Below, in pieces: positions 26,437-32,000 of a stretch of DNA of 32,000 nucleotides. The DNA lies in contig NC_014034.1 in assembly GCF_000021865.1 (NCBI RefSeq), positions 1,530,001 to 1,562,000 on the forward strand, in the 5' to 3' direction. The notes beneath the pieces are model-generated. The model did no database searches and was not told the origin of the DNA. It was given only the letters and a program-made list of their open reading frames with translations. Position 1 is the stretch's first letter. Every line of letters begins with the position of its first letter. The translations under genes were made by a program, and so were the position numbers. The DNA is from Rhodobacter capsulatus SB 1003 (GTDB lineage Bacteria > Pseudomonadota > Alphaproteobacteria > Rhodobacterales > Rhodobacteraceae).

Positions 26437-27482
26437 CCCCTTTGCCCCGCGAGTCCCTGCCGTGTCAAAAGCCAGATCAGATAAAGACCGCCCAGAACGC
26501 CGGTGACCTGACCGACCGGCAGCATCGCCCCGACGGGCAGAACCCGGGTCAGCAGATCGGCCCCGGCCAGCAGCAGCGCCCCCAGCAGCGCCGCGCCGAA
26601 AAGCGGCTGATCGACCGTCCGGCCAAGCCGTTGCGCCAGCTGCGGCGCGGCCAGCGCGACAAAGGCGACCGGCCCCGCCGCGCTGGTGGCAAGCGCGACC
26701 AGCAGCAGCGCCGCCAGAAGCATCGCCCCCCGCACCCGCTCGACCGCGACGCCGAGCGGCCCGGCCAGATCGTCGCCCATCGCCATCAGCGCAAGCGGCC
26801 GCATGCCGAACAGCATCGCGGGCAAAAGCAGCGCAAGCCCCGTCCAAAGCGGCCAGACATGGCCCCAGTCCCGCCCCTCGACCGAGCCCGCCAGCCACAG
26901 ATTGGCCGAGATCGCGGCGTCCAGATCGCCCTTGACCAGCAACAGCGCGTTCAGCGCGCTCAGCATCGCGCCGACGCCGATGCCGGTCAGCACCAGCCGA
27001 TGCGCGCCGACGCGGCCATTCTTGCGCGCCAGAAGATAGACCCCGGCCCCGGTCAGCAATGCTCCGGCCATGGTCGCGGGCACGACATCGGCCCCCGATC
27101 CGCCAAAGGCGATGATCTGCACCAGCGCCCCCGAGGCGGCCCCGGCGGTGAAGCCGATCACATCGGGCGAGCCCAGCGGGTTGCGCGCGATGCTTTGAAA
27201 CACCGCGCCCGAGGCGCCAAGCGCCGCCCCCGCGCCCAGCGTGACCAAGAGCCTCGGCAACCGGATGTCGAAGACCGCATGGGCAACCGCGCGCCCGGGC
27301 GCGGCCCCGGTCAAAAGCTGCCACAGATCGGCCGGGCTGACCGGAATCCGCCCCTGCAGCAGCGCGGCGATCCCTGCGGCGGTCAGCAGGGCCAGCAGAC
27401 CCAGGTTCAGCGCCAGGGCGCGCCGATGGAGCCGCAGCGACCAGCGCCGATGCCGCAGCGTGATCCGGGCCGGGCCGCTCAC
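26433..27482 (-). CDS. FecCD-family permease (FepG-like)
   Basis: The GTG start is in a GTGA overlap with the upstream permease stop. It carries the motif FQSIARNPLGSPDVIGFTAGAAS. Confidence 0.85.
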   Translation of the reverse strand: MSGPARITLRHRRWSLRLHRRALALNLGLLALLTAAGIAALLQGRIPVSPADLWQLLTGAAPGRAVAHAVFDIRLPRLLVTLGAGAALGASGAVFQSIARNPLGSPDVIGFTAGAASGALVQIIAFGGSGADVVPATMAGALLTGAGVYLLARKNGRVGAHRLVLTGIGVGAMLSALNALLLVKGDLDAAISANLWLAGSVEGRDWGHVWPLWTGLALLLPAMLFGMRPLALMAMGDDLAGPLGVAVERVRGAMLLAALLLVALATSAAGPVAFVALAAPQLAQRLGRTVDQPLFGAALLGALLLAGADLLTRVLPVGAMLPVGQVTGVLGGLYLIWLLTRQGLAGQRG

Positions 27483-28486
27483 CGCGCGCCCATCCGCAGC
27501 CGCCGCGCCAGCGCGATGAAGATCCCGCCGCCGATCAGCCCCGCCATGATGCCCAGATCGATCTGCCCCGGCGCGCCGATCACCCGTCCGGCCAGATCGG
27601 CAAAAGCCACCAGCGCCGCCCCGGTCAGCATCGAGGCCAGCAGCAGCGGCCGATGCGCCGGTCCGGCGATGGGCCGCGCCAGATGCGGCGCCGCCAGACC
27701 GACGAAGCTGATCGGCCCCGCCGCCGCGGTGGCCGCGCCCGCCAGCACCACGATCACCGCCGCGGCGGCAAACCAGATCCGGCGCGGATCGGCGCCAAGG
27801 CTCTGGCCGAACTCCTTTCCCAGCGCCAGCGCATCGAGCGGCCGCGCCAGCGCCAGCGCCGCGCAAACCCCCGCCGCCCCGATCGCCGCCGTGGGCCCCA
27901 GCACCGCCCAGCCGCGCCCCTGCAGCGACCCCACCGCCCAATGACGGAACTGATCGAAGATCGCCGCCTCGGCATTGACGGTGATCACCCGGGTCAGGGT
28001 CAAAAGCACGATCGAAAGCGCCGCCCCCGCCAGCACCAGCCGCACCGGATCATGCCCGCGCGCAAGCCCGCCGAGCCCGAAAACCGCCGCGCCCCCCAGC
28101 GCCGCCCCGGCAATCCCCGCCCAAAGCGCCGCCGTCACCTCGACATGGCCAAAGACCGCGATCTGACAGACGATCGCCAGCGTCGCCCCGGCCGAAATCC
28201 CCAAAAGCCCCGGATCGGCCAGCGGATTGCGCGTCAAGGTCTGCATCAAGGCCCCCGCCGCGCCAAGCGCCGCCCCCACGACCAGCGCCAAGAAGGCCCG
28301 CGGCAGGCGCTGCTCGCGCACCAGCAGATGCGCGCCGTCGCCCGGATCAAAGGCGCTCAGCGCGGCCAGCGTCACCCGCAGCCCGATCTCGCGCGGGCCG
28401 ATGAAGGGGCTGGCCAGCGTGGTGCAAAGCAGGAACAGCAGCGCCGCCGAAAGCAGCAGGCGCGGGCGCGGGGCTTGCATGATCAC
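27479..28486 (-). CDS. FecCD-family permease (FepD-like)
   Basis: It carries the motif MQTLTRNPLADPGLLGISAGATL. The start is either GTG 28486 (GTGA overlap with the binding-protein stop) or ATG 28480. Confidence 0.88.
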   Translation of the reverse strand: MIMQAPRPRLLLSAALLFLLCTTLASPFIGPREIGLRVTLAALSAFDPGDGAHLLVREQRLPRAFLALVVGAALGAAGALMQTLTRNPLADPGLLGISAGATLAIVCQIAVFGHVEVTAALWAGIAGAALGGAAVFGLGGLARGHDPVRLVLAGAALSIVLLTLTRVITVNAEAAIFDQFRHWAVGSLQGRGWAVLGPTAAIGAAGVCAALALARPLDALALGKEFGQSLGADPRRIWFAAAAVIVVLAGAATAAAGPISFVGLAAPHLARPIAGPAHRPLLLASMLTGAALVAFADLAGRVIGAPGQIDLGIMAGLIGGGIFIALARRLRMGAR

Positions 28487-29427
28487 GCCCCGCCGAAGTG
28501 CTGCGCGATGCCCGCCACGATCTCCTGCGCGCTGTAATAATCCACCCGGAAGGAATTCGGCCCCAGCCCATAGACCTGCCCGGCGCGGACCGAGGGCAGG
28601 TTGGCGAGGATCGGATCGGCCAGAAACCGGGCGGCATCAGCGCTGGTGCCTGACAGCAGAAAGGTCGTCTCGGCCTGCAGCGCGGTCAGTTGTTCATAAG
28701 CGGCGCGGACGAAATCGGCCGAGGCCGTCGCGCCCGTCTCCTGCCAGCTTTGCGGCGGATCTTCGAGGGTGAAGCCCAGCCGTGCCAGCAGCTGGCCATG
28801 CACGCCCCTTGCGGTGGCGATCGGATTGGGGGCGCCCGCGCCGTTGTAGCTGATGATATTGGCGCGGCCCGCGGGCAGGTTCAGCCGCGCGCGCGTGGCT
28901 TCCAGCTCTTGCGTGAAACCCGCCAGAAGCGCCCCGGCCTCGGCCTCGCGGCCGGTGGCGCGGCCGAGCTGGCGCGACAGCTCCTGCCAGTCGAGCGCGC
29001 CGTAATCGAGCACCAGAACCGGCGCCACCTCGGCCAAAGCCTGCCGATGCGCCAGCGCGGAATCCGCGCCCCCGGCGGAAACCACGATCAGATCCGGGGC
29101 AAGCGCCCAGACCGCCTCCAGATCCACCGACCCGGCAGGCCAGAGCTTTTCGACCCCGCGGGTTTCGGCAGCCGCCTGCCATTGCGCGAAAAAATCGCCA
29201 TGCGCGCTGGTGGCAGAACCGATCAGCGGTGCCCCGATCGCCAGCAGGCTGCCCGAAAGCGTGACCGAGCTGGACAGGATGCGCGCGGGCGGGGCGGTCA
29301 GATCGGTCACACTGCCATCGGCATTCGTGATCCGCCGGGGCCAAGCCTCGGCCGCCCCGGCGCGCAGGGGCATGGCGGGCAGGGCGCCCGCGCACAGGCT
29401 GGCGATCAGAAAATGGCGACGTTCCAT
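28483..29427 (-). CDS. Fe(3+)-siderophore periplasmic binding protein (FepB/FatB-like)
   Basis: The 314-aa product has the signal peptide MERRHFLIASLCAGALPAMPLRAGAA, and a GGAGGA RBS is present. Only the C-terminal 314 codons of the 865-codon ORF look coding. Confidence 0.85.
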   Translation of the reverse strand: MERRHFLIASLCAGALPAMPLRAGAAEAWPRRITNADGSVTDLTAPPARILSSSVTLSGSLLAIGAPLIGSATSAHGDFFAQWQAAAETRGVEKLWPAGSVDLEAVWALAPDLIVVSAGGADSALAHRQALAEVAPVLVLDYGALDWQELSRQLGRATGREAEAGALLAGFTQELEATRARLNLPAGRANIISYNGAGAPNPIATARGVHGQLLARLGFTLEDPPQSWQETGATASADFVRAAYEQLTALQAETTFLLSGTSADAARFLADPILANLPSVRAGQVYGLGPNSFRVDYYSAQEIVAGIAQHFGGA

Positions 29428-29483
29428 GCTTCCTCCGCGCCCGGCGCTGCGGTCAGGCCTCGCTTGCCACGGGCTGCAATGGC

Positions 29484-29498
29484 CGATAAAAATACTCG
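29484..29498. promoter_or_regulatory. operator-like motif, reverse orientation (rc CGAGTATTTTTATCG)
   Basis: It lies 57 bp upstream of the binding-protein ATG at 29427 and is near-identical to the site at 4217-4231. Confidence 0.45.
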
Positions 29499-29584
29499 GA
29501 AATCCGGGGGCGTCAACCTTTGTCTTGGCCATCGCGGCGCGATCGGCGCGGCGCTGACAACCTGACTGACGAAATTGCAGCAGT

Positions 29585-29599
29585 AAACTATTTTTGTCA
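29585..29599. promoter_or_regulatory. operator-like motif AAACTATTTTTGTCA
   Basis: It lies 126 bp upstream of the TBDR3 ATG. It shares CTATTTTTGTCA with the site at 13172-13186. Confidence 0.45.
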
Positions 29600-29724
29600 G
29601 GAATCGCTTTCCGCGCCCCCGGGTTCGCGTAAACGTGACACCCCGGCCCCAGCCTTGCGGCCGGGCCGTCCCATTCCGATGCCAGCCGTTTCACGCCAGC
29701 CGTCGCCATTTCAAGGAAAGCAGC

Positions 29725-31806
29725 ATGAAACGACTGAAAGGAGCGCGCCTTCTGCGCGGCGCGAGCATTGCGGCCCTGTGTGTTCTGAGCCCGCAAACCG
29801 GGTTCGCCGAGGAAGGCGCCGAGGAAGGCTTTTCGCTGGGCACGATCGTCATCACCGGGGAAAAACTGGCCCGCAGCCTGCAGCGCACCGCGTCGTCGGT
29901 GAGCGCGCTCGACGGTGCCGCCGTGGCCAAGGCAGACGAGGCCGGCAAGGACAGCCTGGCCAAGGCGGCAGAGGGGATGGCGAACGTGACCTATCCGTCC
30001 GTGGGCGGTCAGGGCGGGGCGCCGACGATCCGCGGTCAGGACAGCGAGGGGCCGAACTCGGGCGCCACCGCGTTTTTCGGCGGCACCGTGCCGCGCATGG
30101 CGGTCAGCGTCGACGGCCATTACCTGACTTATAACGAGCTGGTCTGGAGTTCGGCGGCGATCTGGGACGTGGACGGCATCGAGGTGTTCCGCGGCCCGCA
30201 AACGGTGGCCCAGGGCGCCAACAGCATTGCCGGGGCGATGATCGTCACCACGAAAGACCCGAGCTTCACCCGCGAGGGCGCGGTGCAGCTGCAATATGGC
30301 AGCGACAACCGCCGCCGCGTCTCGGCGGTGGTGTCGGGGCCGGTCGCAACTGATCTGGCGGCGCGGCTTTCGGTCGATTACTCGGCCCGCGACACCTATA
30401 TTTCCTACACCAACCCCGCCTTTGCGCTGGGGGGCACCGATCAGGATTTCGACGCGAAGACCCTGCGCTTCAAGCTTTTGTGGCAGCCTGCGGGGCTTTC
30501 CGGGTTCGAGGCGAAGCTGAGTTTCGCCCATGTCGACACCAGCCGTCCGACCTGGGAAGCGGCGATGGCGCCTTATGAGGATCTGGAAAGCACCGTCACC
30601 GGCAACCCGAGCTGGGACCTGCGCAGCAATGCCACCGTGCTGGATCTGAGCAAGGATTTCGGCAATGGCGTGAAGATCGTCAACAGCTTGCGCGTCGCCG
30701 ACGTGCAGACCTCGCGGATCACCGAGCCGGTGACCTCGGGCAGCGCCGAAAACGATCAGGACATCGTCTCGAACGAGACCCGGCTGACCTTTGGCGACGA
30801 GATGGCGACCTTCAGCGGTCTGGCGGGGCTTTTCCTGTCCTCGACGAAGACCGACGAGACGCTGAACCTGCGCGGCTCGACCGTCTTTGAGGATGAAAAG
30901 CGCAGCGCCGGGGTGTTCACCGAGCTGAACTATCGCTTTGCCCCCGACTGGATGCTGACCGGCGGGCTGCGCTATCAGCGCGACGACGTGGAGCGGCGCG
31001 GCACCACCAGCTTCACGCCCGAGGTGCTGGATTACGACCGGAGTTTCGATGCCTGGCTGCCGAAGCTTGCGCTGACCCATGACCTGAACGACACCACCAG
31101 CATCGGCGCGATGGTCAGCAAGGGCTACAACCCGGGCGGGGTGACGCTTGGCTTCGTGTCAAGGCAATATGTGACCTTCGAGCCGGAAACGGTCTGGAAC
31201 TACGAGCTTTTCGGCCGCACGAAGCTGTTTGACGAGCGGCTCGACCTGACCGGGAACCTGTTTTACAGCCGGATGAAGAATGCGCAGCGCTATGTGACCT
31301 CGGTGATCGAGGGCGGCTATACCGATGCGGTGACCGTCAATGCCGACAAGGCGGAATCCTACGGGATGGAGCTGGGCTTCAGCTTCGCGGCGCGCGACGA
31401 CCTGACCCTGCGCGGCAATCTTGGCCTTTTGCACACCGAAATCGTCAGCTTCGAGAATGCGCTGGCCGATTACGAGGGGCATGAATTCGGCCGCGCGCCC
31501 AGCCGCACGCTCAGCCTTGGTGCGGATTGGGCGATCCGTCCCGATGTGACGCTGGCGGGCACGGTGCGTTACACCGACGCCTATTTCTCGGATGACACCA
31601 ATGCGACGGCGCTTTTGATCGACGCGCATACCGTGGCCGATGCCCGGGTGACCTGGACCCCGCGCGAGGATCTGTCGCTTTTCGCCTATGTGAACAACAT
31701 TTTCGATGATCGTTCGGTGACCAACCTGCGGTCGCTGCAGGGATCGCTGCAGGGCACCGTGGTCGATCCGCGCTCGGTCGGCGTCGGCCTGAAGATGACC
31801 TTCTGA
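29725..31806 (+). CDS. TonB-dependent siderophore receptor (TBDR 3)
   Basis: It has a signal peptide, the TonB box LGTIVITGE, the plug motif IEVFRGPQTVAQGANSIAGAMIVTTKDP and a C-terminal F (GVGLKMTF). Confidence 0.92.
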   Translation: MKRLKGARLLRGASIAALCVLSPQTGFAEEGAEEGFSLGTIVITGEKLARSLQRTASSVSALDGAAVAKADEAGKDSLAKAAEGMANVTYPSVGGQGGAPTIRGQDSEGPNSGATAFFGGTVPRMAVSVDGHYLTYNELVWSSAAIWDVDGIEVFRGPQTVAQGANSIAGAMIVTTKDPSFTREGAVQLQYGSDNRRRVSAVVSGPVATDLAARLSVDYSARDTYISYTNPAFALGGTDQDFDAKTLRFKLLWQPAGLSGFEAKLSFAHVDTSRPTWEAAMAPYEDLESTVTGNPSWDLRSNATVLDLSKDFGNGVKIVNSLRVADVQTSRITEPVTSGSAENDQDIVSNETRLTFGDEMATFSGLAGLFLSSTKTDETLNLRGSTVFEDEKRSAGVFTELNYRFAPDWMLTGGLRYQRDDVERRGTTSFTPEVLDYDRSFDAWLPKLALTHDLNDTTSIGAMVSKGYNPGGVTLGFVSRQYVTFEPETVWNYELFGRTKLFDERLDLTGNLFYSRMKNAQRYVTSVIEGGYTDAVTVNADKAESYGMELGFSFAARDDLTLRGNLGLLHTEIVSFENALADYEGHEFGRAPSRTLSLGADWAIRPDVTLAGTVRYTDAYFSDDTNATALLIDAHTVADARVTWTPREDLSLFAYVNNIFDDRSVTNLRSLQGSLQGTVVDPRSVGVGLKMTF

Positions 31807-31812
31807 CCGACA

Positions 31813-31844
31813 GCCCGGCCCCGGGACGATCTTCGGGGCCGGGC
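31813..31844 (+). terminator. GC-rich hairpin directly after TBDR 3
   Basis: GCCCGGCCCCG-N10-CGGGGCCGGGC is an 11-bp perfect stem. There is no U-tract. It overlaps further alternative stems up to 31878. Confidence 0.35.
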
Positions 31845-31934
31845 GCCGCCACCCTGCGCGGCGCCCGCAGGCGCGGGCTCTGTTATCGGTGAAGGCCCCC
31901 CTCGGGATCTCCGCGCCGGGGCAAAGGGCAGGGA

Positions 31935-31967
31935 AAAGGGCGCCCGATCCGAGCGCCCTTTGCTTTT
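31935..31967. terminator. Rho-independent terminator (possibly bidirectional)
   Basis: AAAGGGCGC-N9-GCGCCCTTT is followed by GCTTTT. The upstream A-run would give a T-run on the other strand. Confidence 0.6.
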
Positions 31968-32000
31968 ATCTTGCCTCAAATATCCCACGGGGGTGCGGGG

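Noticed and set aside
26437-27324. N-terminal extension of the ATPase ORF 25627..27324 (565 aa).
   Set aside because: It is out of frame with, and overlaps, the FepG-like permease. The translation is G/R/A-rich junk. The ATG at 26436 gives a standard 269-aa ATPase with an ATGA coupling.
26442-28537. Plus-strand ORFs of 500 and 294 aa (26442..27944 and 27653..28537).
   Set aside because: They are shadow ORFs antisense to the two FecCD permeases, with Arg/Pro/Gln-rich low-complexity translations.
29428-29724. Possible cobalamin riboswitch or other leader upstream of TBDR 3.
   Set aside because: I could find no B12-box-like element or extended conserved stem architecture. The region is better explained by the two operator-like sites and a divergent promoter.
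29428-31080. Upstream 551 codons of the 865-aa minus-strand ORF 28483..31080.
   Set aside because: They are antisense to TBDR 3 and cross the intergenic region. The real binding protein starts at the ATG at 29427, which has a GGAGGA RBS and a signal peptide.

Overview
This is a high-GC (about 65-70%) alphaproteobacterial window. The NifF-type flavodoxin suggests a Rhodobacter/Rhodobacteraceae genome, but that is an inference. The left 1.3 kb is a decayed lambda-like prophage relic on the minus strand, made of an integrase 3' end, an S49 head protease and a capsid fragment. Next comes a sigma54/NifA-type promoter driving a long-chain flavodoxin (nifF), which is translationally coupled to an unknown 160-aa ORF. 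A small 4-Cys protein, hemP and a membrane-anchored DUF2202 ferritin-like gene follow. The remaining ~28 kb is a dense low-iron supercluster with three TonB-dependent uptake modules and no siderophore biosynthesis genes or tonB-exbBD. Module 1 is a YbtPQX/FyuA/YbtA-like set: two fused ABC half-transporters, an RhtX/FptX-type MFS, a TonB-dependent receptor (TBDR) and an AraC regulator, with an embedded TcmP/LCM-type SAM methyltransferase. Module 2 has an AraC regulator, a TBDR and a divergent binding-protein/2 permease/ATPase importer. That importer is followed by a DUF2218-fused siderophore-interacting reductase and a second, IrtAB-like ABC pair. Module 3 is a FepBDGC-like operon divergent from a third TBDR. 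A 15-bp TGA-N9-TCA operator-like motif with a T5 core recurs in the module promoters (six sites). No rRNA, tRNA, CRISPR or intact mobile element was seen. I found no unambiguous novel system. The best leads are the methyltransferase inside an uptake-only operon, the split IrtA-like arrangement, the recurrent operator and the nifF-coupled unknown ORF. Many long antisense ORFs are high-GC artefacts.
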